Shown here: positions 48,563-58,555 of the stretch, in pieces
How positions within the stretch are numbered: the stretch's first letter is position 1
How the letters are laid out: every line of letters begins with the position of its first letter
Assembly (NCBI GenBank): GCA_964410165.1
Contig: CAYPFT010000002.1
Span: forward strand, 367-64,366
DNA from: an uncultured Candidatus Saccharibacteria bacterium
GTDB lineage: Bacteria; Patescibacteriota; Minisyncoccia; Phycocordibacterales; CAIJYI01
DNA: 64,000 bases
Direction of reading: 5' to 3'
Notes under the pieces: model-generated
What the model was told of the DNA's origin: nothing
Database searches by the model: none
The model's input: only the letters and a program-made list of their open reading frames with translations
Position numbers and translations under genes: made by a program

Positions 48563-48847
48563 ATGGCTGTTTTTCTTGATATGGCGCTGAAGGGTTGTGT
48601 ATTGCTGGCATGGGGTTTTTTGATATGGGGTATGATAAAAGAGTTGAAAGCTCGCAGGCCGGAACATGCTAGGGATCGCAATCTTCAAGTCGGAACTTTT
48701 TGGGTGTTCTTTTTCGGGAGTATTTTGTGGCTTATCATAGGTACAGCGAATGCTTTCTTTGGAGAACCTTTTTTACTGGAGGGTTTCCTCACGATTCTTC
48801 TTGGGCACAGGGCGTATGCCCTGAATAAAACAATTAGAACGCTATAG
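48563..48847 (+). CDS. Small hypothetical membrane protein
   Basis: Three hydrophobic segments; SD GGAGG. Confidence 0.55.
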   Translation: MAVFLDMALKGCVLLAWGFLIWGMIKELKARRPEHARDRNLQVGTFWVFFFGSILWLIIGTANAFFGEPFLLEGFLTILLGHRAYALNKTIRTL

Positions 48848-48930
48848 GACTTACGCGTTTGGCGACATACTTGCCAAAATCTGCGATAATTAAAATCCAC
48901 GAGATTAAAGCTCGGGGATTTTTTGTTTTT

Positions 48931-49352
48931 CTACTTCTCAATCTCCCGTATCACCTCTTCGCTTTGCATGAAGCGGTAGAAGAGTGCCGCGACGATGAAA
49001 GCGATGATCATCATGACGACGGCGTACTTTCCAAAGACGTTCGAGCTTTTGCCGAAGTAGTAGCCGATGCCGAGAAAGGGAAACGTCCAGATGATGGAAG
49101 TGATGAGGATAACTCACCTTACGCACGATTGTGATACCGTACGGTTTCGGCGTAGAATTTTGGTCGGTTTCTCCGCCCCTTGGCGGTGGAACCGCCAAAA
49201 TAGAGCGTCGGAAGCGGAAGATTTGGCGGAGAGACCGCCAAAGGGCGGACTCACCGACCAAATCTTTCCCGTCGTGCGTAAGGTGAGAGGATAATTGGTA
49301 TGTAGAGCACGCGGTTCATTTTGGAAAGTCCGGCGGAAAAGGCGATGGCGCT
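48931..49352 (-). pseudogene. DedA-family gene remnant, 5'-truncated and interrupted by a MITE
   Basis: Removing the MITE plus one TSD gives SAIAFSAGLSKMNRVLYIPIILITSIIWTFPFLGIGYYFG...EIEK-stop. Confidence 0.75.
49113..49287. mobile_element. MITE copy 2 (16-bp TIR, 7-bp TSD AGGATAA)
   Basis: Same TIRs as 11284-11498; AGGATAA at 49106-49112 and 49288-49294. Confidence 0.92.
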
Positions 49353-50426
49353 TTAATTCCGCGGCAATGCATTTTTGAAAGCCTCAAGCGAGTTCGGGTC
49401 GGAGTTTATGCGCCAATCTTTTTCTTTGTTTTCATTGAACCATATCCATCCTTCGATTTTCGGGTATTTTGGGATTTGCTTGGTGAATGTGTCGCTCACC
49501 CACGCCGCCTTGTTTGATCCTTCGGCGCTGGCGAACGAAAAAATGTATATGGGTTTGTTGTAATTTGCGAGTATGGCGAGCGGGGCGGCGAACATCTCGT
49601 CAAAGGTTTTCCACGGGTCGCCGAAGTTAAAACCGTCGAGTCCGACGTAATCCGCGTACGCATCGCCCGGATAGTATTTGTCGAGGCTGTTTTCGGGTGT
49701 GTTGGGGACGGATTCATTATTGGGCGCCCAGCCGAATTTGACGTTTGGTGCATCCGAAAAAATATCATGAACGCGGCGGTAGGCGAGAATCGCTTTTTCC
49801 GGGCTGTTGCCGTTTTTCGTTCCCGACCACGGAAACCAGTCGCCGTTTGCTTCGGAGAATGGTATCAGTATGACCGGCGCTCCGTACGCTTTCGCATCCG
49901 CGGCAAACGAGCGCATGTATTCATCCCAGTCGCCGCGAAGGATAGCGTCATAAGAGAATCGCGGCTGTTCCGCGCCGCCCGCCGCGTAGTCGGTGGCTTC
50001 CCAGAAAATAACCAAAGTTTTTCCGCGGTCTTTTATCGTGTGCACGAGATAAAAAGGAAACCCGTTTTCATTTCCCCAATGAATGAATACGGCAATCATG
50101 TCGGGACTTTTCCCGAGAGTTTGTTCAAGGGCGAGAATTTTTTCGGGTTCGGAGCGGTTCTCGTAGAAGCCCCACTTCTGCGGACGTGGCAGCGGCATAT
50201 TTATTTTTGGAATCGGAACGATGACGGCGGGGACACTGGTGATTGGTGACTGGTCACTTGTCACTGGTGCGGACGCCGGCAGAGGCGCGGGTGTCGGGCT
50301 TTCGGTCGTGTTTCCGGGGACGGCATCACTTTTCGGCAGAGAAAAAAAAGACAGACCGAAAAGAATGGTACAGCCGAAAAAAAGAAACGCCGAAGTTTTT
50401 TTACGCATCAAGTCTATGGTTCCCAC
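49353..50426 (-). CDS. GH26-family protein with a membrane anchor and Pro/Thr linker; nucleophile apparently lost
   Basis: G.WD.Y...FA, SEANGDWFPW, YYPGDAY.DYVGLDGFN, KPIYIFS, WFNENKE.DWR. Confidence 0.85.
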   Translation of the reverse strand: MGTIDLMRKKTSAFLFFGCTILFGLSFFSLPKSDAVPGNTTESPTPAPLPASAPVTSDQSPITSVPAVIVPIPKINMPLPRPQKWGFYENRSEPEKILALEQTLGKSPDMIAVFIHWGNENGFPFYLVHTIKDRGKTLVIFWEATDYAAGGAEQPRFSYDAILRGDWDEYMRSFAADAKAYGAPVILIPFSEANGDWFPWSGTKNGNSPEKAILAYRRVHDIFSDAPNVKFGWAPNNESVPNTPENSLDKYYPGDAYADYVGLDGFNFGDPWKTFDEMFAAPLAILANYNKPIYIFSFASAEGSNKAAWVSDTFTKQIPKYPKIEGWIWFNENKEKDWRINSDPNSLEAFKNALPRN

Positions 50427-51433
50427 AGCTGTTCTTCCCGCCTGATTTCGTTGTTCTCGTAACTTACCAGTAGAGGAATTCCAAAACTTGCCAAAAGGAG
50501 CGACAGTCCCAAAAAGAGCATGGTGCGGTCGGAAAGTTCGCCGTTTTGGTTTTGGAGAGAAGTTATCGCAGTCCCGAGCGTCGATCCCGAGCTTTCTTTC
50601 AGTGAAGCGTTTTTCGCAGGTTCTTCTTGCGCATGGGCAGAATACGCGAGCGGTGAAGGTGTTTCGTTTATGGTTCTCAAAACCGCCACAAGAGCCGGAA
50701 TCTGGAGATTTTTTTCAGCGCTTGGAGTCGGTAGTGGTGCGGGAGGAAGAGCGGCGGCGGGCGCGGGCGGCGTTTGCCTGCCGGTGATATAGGAGAGCGG
50801 GACGGCTCCTCCGGCCACAGACATCGGAGGCGGTGCCGGCATTTCTTGCACGGTTGCGGTAAGCGCCGTCGGCGCGGGGAGGCGGATGAGGGAAACGTTG
50901 TCAATGGAAAGCGACCCTATTTCGCGGACGAGATGAAAAACGGTCAGCGAAACCGCACCTTCCGGAATCAGAAAAGGGAAAGTTTCATATCCGGTCCATT
51001 CCGGCGATATGACGGATGTTCCGAGATACGCGTACCGATACGCCCCATCCTGAAGCGTGTAGCGGACGACGACATCCGCCGGAACATTCGCAAGATAGTG
51101 CCCCGAAAAAACGTATCGTTCCATCGGCGCCACAGGAATGTCGTCGAAATACCACTTCGCGTCGCCGCTTTCGTAGGAAGTGATTTCTACTTTCGCGGCC
51201 CTCGTGCCATTCGGGCCAAGCACGGGATAGGTGAATACGGCGTTATTCGTGCCCCAAAAGCCTTGACTCCAATACTCGGGAACGCTTGCGTTGCCCGGAT
51301 CTGCCACCTCAAGTCCCGGATTGGCAATCGGGTTTTGGGCGGTGTCCGCGTAAGTTAAAAAAGGCAACAAAAGAATTCCGCCAACAATCATGGCCGATAC
51401 GCTTGATGTAAATCGCAGTATGTTTTTTTGCAT
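50414..51433 (-). CDS. Secreted/anchored protein with one CBM-like repeat and a C-terminal TM helix
   Basis: Signal peptide; NPGLE..W..G.WG.N...FTYP..GDAKWYF..VFHL..IDN domain; Pro-rich linker. Confidence 0.75.
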   Translation of the reverse strand: MQKNILRFTSSVSAMIVGGILLLPFLTYADTAQNPIANPGLEVADPGNASVPEYWSQGFWGTNNAVFTYPVLGPNGTRAAKVEITSYESGDAKWYFDDIPVAPMERYVFSGHYLANVPADVVVRYTLQDGAYRYAYLGTSVISPEWTGYETFPFLIPEGAVSLTVFHLVREIGSLSIDNVSLIRLPAPTALTATVQEMPAPPPMSVAGGAVPLSYITGRQTPPAPAAALPPAPLPTPSAEKNLQIPALVAVLRTINETPSPLAYSAHAQEEPAKNASLKESSGSTLGTAITSLQNQNGELSDRTMLFLGLSLLLASFGIPLLVSYENNEIRREEQLWEP

Positions 51434-51448
51434 GTTTGAAAATTTGGT

Positions 51449-51595
51449 TTATAAACTTTTCTTTTTCTTTCGTATCGGTTGCATCATCGCTTCTTTCACC
51501 CCGCCTTCAAGCCGCGGCGGCCGGGTAAGATGGTCTTGTTCCCGCAACAATCTTTTCTTATCCACGATACGTTCGTTTGCTTTCTTTGTTTTCAT
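51449..51595 (-). CDS. Small basic hypothetical protein
   Basis: 48-aa ORF MKTKKANERIVDKKRLL... filling the gap between hsp20 and the CBM gene. Confidence 0.35.
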   Translation of the reverse strand: MKTKKANERIVDKKRLLREQDHLTRPPRLEGGVKEAMMQPIRKKKKSL

Positions 51596-51600
51596 GGCGG

Positions 51601-52023
51601 TTATTTCTTAATCTCTATCTTCACCGCTTTTTCTTTCGCCCCCGCAATTGCCGGCATCGTTACGATGAGTTCGCCGTTTTCATATTTCGCATCGGCGCGG
51701 GAAGCATCAACAGACTTCGGCAGGCGTATTGAACGCGAGAAAGAGCCTCTTCTAATCTCTTTGCTGTAATAATCTTTTTTTTCCGTTTCCTTTTCCTCCT
51801 CGTGTTTGCCGGAAACCGTGAGTATGTCTTCCTCAAGCGAAATATCAAGCTCCTCAGGTTTTACTCCCGGTAAACTCATCTTTACTGCGATATTGTCTTT
51901 TTCTTCATATACATCCGCCGCAAAATCCATTCCCAAACGAGGAAATGAAGTAAACGGCTGTAAGAACCGGTCGTCGAAAAAGCGATCGATTTCTCTAAAG
52001 GGATCCCGTTTGATTATTTGCAT
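51601..52023 (-). CDS. Hsp20/alpha-crystallin small heat-shock protein
   Basis: DVYE, LPGV, LTVSG, GSFSRSIRLP and AKYENGEL. Confidence 0.95.
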   Translation of the reverse strand: MQIIKRDPFREIDRFFDDRFLQPFTSFPRLGMDFAADVYEEKDNIAVKMSLPGVKPEELDISLEEDILTVSGKHEEEKETEKKDYYSKEIRRGSFSRSIRLPKSVDASRADAKYENGELIVTMPAIAGAKEKAVKIEIKK

Positions 52024-52178
52024 AGGGGTGATTGCATTAAATTGATTTTAATAAATTTCCTTAACGTGATGCTACCAAGCATTTCTGAAAACTTCGTGAA
52101 GAAAAATCCCCCCCGAGGTGAAGTCAAGCAACAAAAACTTGAGTTTACTTGCTGACCGATGTGTTTTGCATTTTCACC

Positions 52179-54329
52179 CTACGGATTCATCCGAGAGACG
52201 CCTTGCGCGACCGTCACCACATCCACATTCGCGGTCCTCACATAGTCCACTATTTGCTGAAAGAATGCGGGAGTAACGCCGAGGTCGTGTTCGGGGTTGG
52301 CATCTTCTTGGTGGAACATGAGAATGAGCCATTGTTTGTTCGCCGCCGCCTGCGCCACCCACGTTTGCACGTCAGTCATGGTGGTGGTACGGTCCATCTG
52401 CTGTATTTTCAGTTCGTATTTGTTCGTGCTTTTCGTATTGAAGCCGCGGTCAACGCTTCTTGCCGCGATAAATCCCGCGTTTTGCGCCATTGTTTCAACT
52501 GAGGCGTTGTAGTCTCCCAAGGGATACGCCATGGTGTCGGGCGTGGTTACGCCCATTCCGAAAAGGTCGTTTCGCGAGCCGACGATTTCATTGTTCGCCG
52601 CGACAGGCGGAACGTTTGTAAGTGAAATGTGCGTTTGCGTGTGTCCGCCTATTTCATGTCCGGCATTTTGAATTTCAAGCATTTGGTTTTGATTGACATA
52701 TATCGGAACCATTTTTAGAGAATAGTTGTCTACGGTGAGGGAGCCGTTATTCCGAAGCAAATGAAAAATCGTGACGATGGCAACATTCGCGGGAATGTTT
52801 ATGGTCTGTGAAAAGTTTTTCCATACCCCGTTTGAAGGCGGAAGGGAAGCTATATCGACAAACTGCACACTATCATCAAGATAGGTGTATCGTACCGTTA
52901 CGACCGAGGCGACGTCTGATTTGTAACTCTCGGTGAGCACGTAGTCTTCGTTCGGCAAGACGGTCGCGTCTTTGAAATACCACTTCGCATCGCCGCTCGC
53001 GTAATTCGCCACATCAATTTGCGCGGCCTTACCCCCATCCGCCCCCGTTACCGGATAGGTGAACGCCGCCGTATTCGTTCCCCACCCCCCGCGGAACCAG
53101 TTTTCCGGGTCGCCGTTTGCACCGGCGGTTTCGAGGGAAGAGTTTTGTATTCTCTCGGTCGGTACCGCCAAAAGTGTTTCTTGACTGACAATATAAAATG
53201 TTCCCTTGAGTCCCGCGGCGTTCAAGATGGGAAGCGCATCGTTGTACTGCGTAATCCACCCGTCATCGAACGTGAACGATACGAGTCCGCGCGAGAACAG
53301 GTCTTCCGGCGGAGGCGGCGTTTCTCCCGGCGCTAGAGAATAGTTATCAACGGTCAGCATGCCGTTCGTGTTGAGGGCGTGGAACACCGTCAGTGCAGTT
53401 GCTCCCACCGGTACGGTAAGATTATAGTTTGCCGTTTTCCACACGCCGGACGCTCCGAGGGATGCGATGAATTGATAGATGAAACCGCTCGGTGTTTGGT
53501 ATCGGGCAACGAGTTCGGTTGGCGCGGTGGATTTGTATGAGTCGGTGAATGAATAGATTTGCCCGGAACTCACCGGCACATCGGCAAAATACCATTTCGC
53601 ATCGCCGCTCGCGTAATTCGTCACGTTAATTTGCGCCGCCTTTCCGCCGCCCGCCCCCGTTATCGGATAGGTGAAAGTTGCGCTGCTCGCTCCCCATTCT
53701 CCGCGGAACCAGTTTTCCGGGTCGCCGTTTGCACCGGCGGTTTCGAGAGAAGGATTCACAATGAGACCCGGCGGAGCAGTCTTTTCCGTCAAAGAAGAGT
53801 TGTCGGTCGTGAGAAAACCAACCGTTTCAATCAGGTGAAAAACCGTTATGAAAGCCGCATCGCTCGGGGTGGTGAAAGTGAATTGCTTGTCGGTTGCAAG
53901 AGATGTCGCCGGCACCGTTCCGAGAAACACATACGAGAATGTTCCCGATGTGCTTTTATACCGAATAGTATAACTCGTTGCGGCATTGGAAACATATCGG
54001 TCGGAAAAAACATATGTTGTGGAGGGGCTTACCGGCACATCGGCGAAAACCCACTTCGCATCGCCATCGGTGTGTGCGCTCATCTCCACGCGCACCGCGC
54101 GCGCCCCGACAAGCCCCGCCGTCGGATAGGTGAAGGCCGCGGTATTCGCGCCCCAGTTTCCCGTACTCCAAGAATCGGGGAGCGTCGCGCCGGTTTCCAC
54201 GGAAGGATTTATTATGAGATTTTCTCCCGCCGCAGAAGCGATACCGGAATACAAGAATGAAACAAAGAGAATCATTGCGGCAAGAGACGATATTCTTTTG
54301 TCGGCTTTTGTGTTCGCTTTTGTTTTCAT
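52179..54329 (-). CDS. Polysaccharide deacetylase (CE4) with three CBM-like repeats
   Basis: TFDDG, HEIGGHTQTH, AYPLG and LMFH; three GDAKW repeats, one of them inside the catalytic domain. Confidence 0.88.
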   Translation of the reverse strand: MKTKANTKADKRISSLAAMILFVSFLYSGIASAAGENLIINPSVETGATLPDSWSTGNWGANTAAFTYPTAGLVGARAVRVEMSAHTDGDAKWVFADVPVSPSTTYVFSDRYVSNAATSYTIRYKSTSGTFSYVFLGTVPATSLATDKQFTFTTPSDAAFITVFHLIETVGFLTTDNSSLTEKTAPPGLIVNPSLETAGANGDPENWFRGEWGASSATFTYPITGAGGGKAAQINVTNYASGDAKWYFADVPVSSGQIYSFTDSYKSTAPTELVARYQTPSGFIYQFIASLGASGVWKTANYNLTVPVGATALTVFHALNTNGMLTVDNYSLAPGETPPPPEDLFSRGLVSFTFDDGWITQYNDALPILNAAGLKGTFYIVSQETLLAVPTERIQNSSLETAGANGDPENWFRGGWGTNTAAFTYPVTGADGGKAAQIDVANYASGDAKWYFKDATVLPNEDYVLTESYKSDVASVVTVRYTYLDDSVQFVDIASLPPSNGVWKNFSQTINIPANVAIVTIFHLLRNNGSLTVDNYSLKMVPIYVNQNQMLEIQNAGHEIGGHTQTHISLTNVPPVAANNEIVGSRNDLFGMGVTTPDTMAYPLGDYNASVETMAQNAGFIAARSVDRGFNTKSTNKYELKIQQMDRTTTMTDVQTWVAQAAANKQWLILMFHQEDANPEHDLGVTPAFFQQIVDYVRTANVDVVTVAQGVSRMNP

Positions 54330-54380
54330 ACGGAAGTTGAGTTTACATGAGGCGGATAATGATTGCGTGAAGTTATGAAG

Positions 54381-57300
54381 TTAGTTATTCACCACAATGT
54401 TAATAATCTGCCGTTCATTGTTTCCCGCCGCATCCGTTGCGGTCGCTTTCAGCGTGTGGGCGCCATTTTGAACGGTGGTGGAATCCCAATCAATCGCGTA
54501 TGGTTCGGCCGTCATGATTGGCCCGAACGGGTCGCCGTCAACGGCAAAGAAGAATTGAGTGACGCCGACATTGTCGGCCGCATCCGCGGTAAGCGTTACT
54601 GTTCCCGAAACGGTGTTTCCTTCAAGCGGATTCGTAAATGCGACGGTCGGAGGGACAGTTTCCGCCGGGGTGCATGACCCGCCGGCAGTGAGAGAAACAT
54701 CATCAAGAGAAAGATTTGTTATCGTGCTCAAAAGATGGAAGAGGGTAATGCTTTTCGTTCCAATGGGCGGGCAGAATGAGCCGGTGTTAAACGTCCAGCC
54801 AGTGGTCGGCGGCAGTTCTTTTGTGAGACCGAAATAGTGCTGTGATCCGTCGTCCATGGTGTACCGGCCGATGACATCGGAAATCGTATTCGCTTGGTAT
54901 CGTTCCGCGTAGGTATAGAGCGTCCCCGGCGTCACTGGCACATCGTCAAATACCCATTTGGAATCGCCACTGGTTGCCGGATATGCGGTAATTTGGAGCC
55001 CCACCGCTTTTCCTCCGTCAAACCCGGCAATAGGATAGGTGAATACGGCGGTCTGATCACCCCATCCGCCGCGAGTCCAGCCGAGAGGGTTGCCTCCCGT
55101 TCCCGCAGTTTCAAATGAGCCGTTCGCGATGAGGTTTTCTCCTATCGGCGACGGCGGAGGGGGAGGAGGAGGCGGAGCGCCACTGCCGAGGGTCAAAGAA
55201 AAGTTATCCGTTGTCAGTGTTCCGTTGCCTGCAAGCTCATGGACAACGCTGAGTCTTTGCACATTCGCGGGGATGGTGATGGTACTTTCAATGCGTGTCG
55301 GTGTCGTGGCGGACGGAAATGTTCCAAGGTCGACGTATTTATACGTGCCGTCCGCAAAACCGAATTCGGCGGTAAGGCTCGAGTTCGTATCGGAAGTGTA
55401 GTAGCCGGAGAACTGATAATTTTCACCCGGAGTTACAAAGACCGGGTCATGATACCAATGCGCCGTACCGCTCTTATATCCGGTTACTTGAACTTTCCCG
55501 GCTTTTGCGCCGTCAAACCCGGGAACAGGGTAGGTGAATGCGGTATCATTGTCGCCCCAAAATCCTCCTGTCCAATAGAGCGGACTCTCGGCATTGTTCG
55601 GGTTGACGATTTCCATGGAGGCATTTTTGATCAGGTTTCCGGAACCGCCGGCGGTGCCGTTATTGAGATAGAGGTTAATGCTTCGCGAACCCGTGAGTTC
55701 CGCGCCGTCCGTTACCGCAAGAAGAACTTCCGTGTACACGTCGGTTTCGCCGCCATGATCCGGTGCGGTAAATGACGGACTCGTCGTGTTAAAAAATTCC
55801 TGAAGGAGGTGCGTGTGCGTATTGTGATGAAGGATAATCTGCCAATTGTAGGCTGACGCGGGAAGCGCTCCGCTTTCGGAATCCGTTCCTTGCCCTTGCA
55901 ATTTGATAGTGTCGCCGACTTGATAGAGCGATCCGCTCGCGGGGCTTGTGATATTTGCCTGCGGCGGCTGGTTGCCTACTGTTATCGTAACGCTTTTAAT
56001 GTCAACGCCGCCGCGGACGTCGGAAAGCGTGAGTACCGCATTGTACCTGCCGTTCGCGGAGTACGCATGAGTCGGGTTCGCGAGAGCGGATGTCGCGCCA
56101 TCGCCGAAGTTCCACGAGTAAGCGAGCGGGTCGCCGTTCGGGTCGCTTGAGCCGACGCTTGAGAAACTCACGGAAAGGGGAGTGAGTCCCGCCATTGGCA
56201 TCGCACCGATAGAGGCGATGGGATTTCTGTTGCCGGTCGTATAAACGAGTCGCTTAAGTTCGCCGGTATAAATGGCGATGTAGTACACATTCCCGTCTGG
56301 TCCTGTCGAAAGATCCACCGGCCCGCCCGGATTATCCATCACGTCTTGTTGTACGGAAAGGACATTGTTCGCGCCGTCCAAGACAAGGCGTTTAATCCAA
56401 TTTTGCGCATAGTCGCCGAAGAAAAGCGAGTTCCCATATTGGGAAGGATACGCTCCGCCCGAAGGAAACGCTCCCGCGACAACCGCTCCCGCAAAGGCGC
56501 TGTTGTGCTGATAGAAGTAAAGCGGGTCGGTTGCGCCCGGAGCATCGCAGATGTAACCGGGACCGCCGCTTGCGGGCGTTGAGCGGGACGTCCCTTCAAA
56601 GCACGGCCAGCCGTAATTTTTGCCGGGAAGAATAAGATTTATTTCTTCCCACCTGTCCCAGCCGACATCGCCCAAAAAGAGCGCGCCGTCGGAAGGGCGA
56701 AAGTTGAAGCGGAATGCGTTTCGCACGCCGTAGGCGTAGACCTTTGAACGGTTTGCGTTCGGGTCGCCATTGTAAAACGGATTGTCTGCAGGCGCGGAGC
56801 CATCGGGATTTAAGCGCAGTACTTTTCCGCCGAGGCTGTCTATATCTTGCGCGCGAAGAGCAAGCGGGTCTACGCGGTCAAAGCTCGCCCCTTCTCCAAG
56901 CGTCGCGTACAGTTTCCCGTCGGGGCCGAAGCGGAGTCCTCCGGCACTGTGGCTCGGCGAGTCCGACGGAATGCAGTCATCGGTAACGAGAAAATTCTCG
57001 CATGAAGGACTGGCCGCGTTTCCGTCAACGGTTCCGACGAGTATTACTTTGCTTGACTCGCTCGCCGTATCGCCGATGACCGTCACGCGCGCGATGTGGA
57101 CTGTTTTCGGTCCGGAGAAATTCGCCCCCGGCGTGTTTTCGTACGTATAAGAAAGATACAGGTAGCCGTTTGCGGAAAAGTTCTGGTCAATGGTTATGCC
57201 GATGAGTCCGCGGTCGGCGTAGGTGTTTACGTCAGTGAGCGTAATGACCGGCTCAGGAAGAAGCAATCCATTCTTTACCGCGCGAACCGTACCGCCTTTC

Positions 57301-58424
57301 TCGGCGATGAAAATGCGTCCATCCGGCGCGAAGGACATCGCGGTCGGAAGCACCAATCCGCTCGCTACGGTTTCCGCTTCAAATCCGGGAGTTATCGGCG
57401 GATCCGTGTCTGCGGACAAAGAAAAGTCATCCGTCTCAAGCACTCCGACGGAACGGAGAAGGTGGAAAACCGATACCGCCGTGGCCTCCGCAGGAACGGT
57501 TATGTTGTGCGTGAAAGTCGTCCAGTCGGCCGCAACAGGCACGCTTCTCAGAAATTGGTATGAGAAACCTGTCCCCGTGCGGTATTGCGCGACGAGTTCG
57601 GTGGCGACATTCGCTTTATATTTTTCGGTGAAAGCATACACTGTACCGGCGGTTACCGGAACATCATCGAAAAACCATTTGGCATCGCCATCGACATAAG
57701 AGGTGATTTCCACTTTCGCCGCTTTGTTTCCGTCAAGTCCTGTGGCTGGATAGGTAAAGACCGCCGTATTCGTCCCCCAGCCGCCTCGTCCCCAGTTCGC
57801 CGGGTTTCCCCCGATTCCGGCGGCTTCGTACGAACCGTTGTTGATGAGATTCCCCGTTGTCGGAGGAGGAGGCGGCGGAGTGCCGGCATCCTCGGTCAGA
57901 GAATAATCATCCGTAATGAGATACCCGACTTTGTTGATTAAATGAAAAACAGTAAGAGAGGAAGCATTCTCAGGCGTTGTAAAGGTAAATTGCGCCGTCG
58001 CGTTCACGGCTCTAGCCGGGAGCGTTCCGAGCGAAACATAACTTGTCGCACCGTTCGTCGTTTTATACCGTATGACCGCTTCGGTATCGACATCGGAGAT
58101 AAACCTGTCCGAGAAAATATATTTTGTTTCCGGCGAGACCGGTACATCCGCAAAAAACCACTTGGCGTCGCCGCCCGTGTGAGCGGAAACATCAATCCGC
58201 ATCGCCCGCCCGCCGTCAATTCCCGGAGCCGGATAGGTAAAGACCACCGTATTCGCACCCCAGTTTCCCGTACTCCAAGAATCGGGAAGCGTGGATCCGT
58301 TTTCTGCCGAAGGATTCGCGATAAGGTTGGACGGCGCGGCAAGTGCCTGAAGCGGTAAAAACGAGAGTGGCGATAAAAGTGTTTCCGCAACAAGCAGCGC
58401 GGAGAGAACGGATTTTTTAATCAT
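54381..58424 (-). CDS. PQQ-dependent sugar dehydrogenase-like propeller with four CBM-like repeats, PKD and Ig-like domains
   Basis: FAPDGRIFIAEK, HSAGGLRFGPDG.LY, AYGVRN, EEIN...G.NYGWP, PKD WNFGDG and C-terminal ATDAAGN. Confidence 0.88.
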   Translation of the reverse strand: MIKKSVLSALLVAETLLSPLSFLPLQALAAPSNLIANPSAENGSTLPDSWSTGNWGANTVVFTYPAPGIDGGRAMRIDVSAHTGGDAKWFFADVPVSPETKYIFSDRFISDVDTEAVIRYKTTNGATSYVSLGTLPARAVNATAQFTFTTPENASSLTVFHLINKVGYLITDDYSLTEDAGTPPPPPPTTGNLINNGSYEAAGIGGNPANWGRGGWGTNTAVFTYPATGLDGNKAAKVEITSYVDGDAKWFFDDVPVTAGTVYAFTEKYKANVATELVAQYRTGTGFSYQFLRSVPVAADWTTFTHNITVPAEATAVSVFHLLRSVGVLETDDFSLSADTDPPITPGFEAETVASGLVLPTAMSFAPDGRIFIAEKGGTVRAVKNGLLLPEPVITLTDVNTYADRGLIGITIDQNFSANGYLYLSYTYENTPGANFSGPKTVHIARVTVIGDTASESSKVILVGTVDGNAASPSCENFLVTDDCIPSDSPSHSAGGLRFGPDGKLYATLGEGASFDRVDPLALRAQDIDSLGGKVLRLNPDGSAPADNPFYNGDPNANRSKVYAYGVRNAFRFNFRPSDGALFLGDVGWDRWEEINLILPGKNYGWPCFEGTSRSTPASGGPGYICDAPGATDPLYFYQHNSAFAGAVVAGAFPSGGAYPSQYGNSLFFGDYAQNWIKRLVLDGANNVLSVQQDVMDNPGGPVDLSTGPDGNVYYIAIYTGELKRLVYTTGNRNPIASIGAMPMAGLTPLSVSFSSVGSSDPNGDPLAYSWNFGDGATSALANPTHAYSANGRYNAVLTLSDVRGGVDIKSVTITVGNQPPQANITSPASGSLYQVGDTIKLQGQGTDSESGALPASAYNWQIILHHNTHTHLLQEFFNTTSPSFTAPDHGGETDVYTEVLLAVTDGAELTGSRSINLYLNNGTAGGSGNLIKNASMEIVNPNNAESPLYWTGGFWGDNDTAFTYPVPGFDGAKAGKVQVTGYKSGTAHWYHDPVFVTPGENYQFSGYYTSDTNSSLTAEFGFADGTYKYVDLGTFPSATTPTRIESTITIPANVQRLSVVHELAGNGTLTTDNFSLTLGSGAPPPPPPPPSPIGENLIANGSFETAGTGGNPLGWTRGGWGDQTAVFTYPIAGFDGGKAVGLQITAYPATSGDSKWVFDDVPVTPGTLYTYAERYQANTISDVIGRYTMDDGSQHYFGLTKELPPTTGWTFNTGSFCPPIGTKSITLFHLLSTITNLSLDDVSLTAGGSCTPAETVPPTVAFTNPLEGNTVSGTVTLTADAADNVGVTQFFFAVDGDPFGPIMTAEPYAIDWDSTTVQNGAHTLKATATDAAGNNERQIINIVVNN

Positions 58425-58555
58425 ACGTTTTATTTTTAATGAATAATAATGATGTACTCCACACAATCTTTGTGAAGCCTCTGTGAAAGATGGATAGAAC
58501 AGATTCGCCGAACATTCGAAAAAAACGCACCGTGTTTCAGGTGCGTTTTGGTTCC

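Noticed and set aside
48938-49294. ORFs 48938-49261, 49067-49294 and 11195-11410 with shared peptide text
   Set aside because: The similarity comes from the non-coding MITE sequence; too short for a transposase and lacking its motifs
52179-58424. Diversity-generating retroelement, suggested by near-identical repeats
   Set aside because: No reverse transcriptase in the window and no evident adenine-specific mismatch pattern; the repeats are domain duplications
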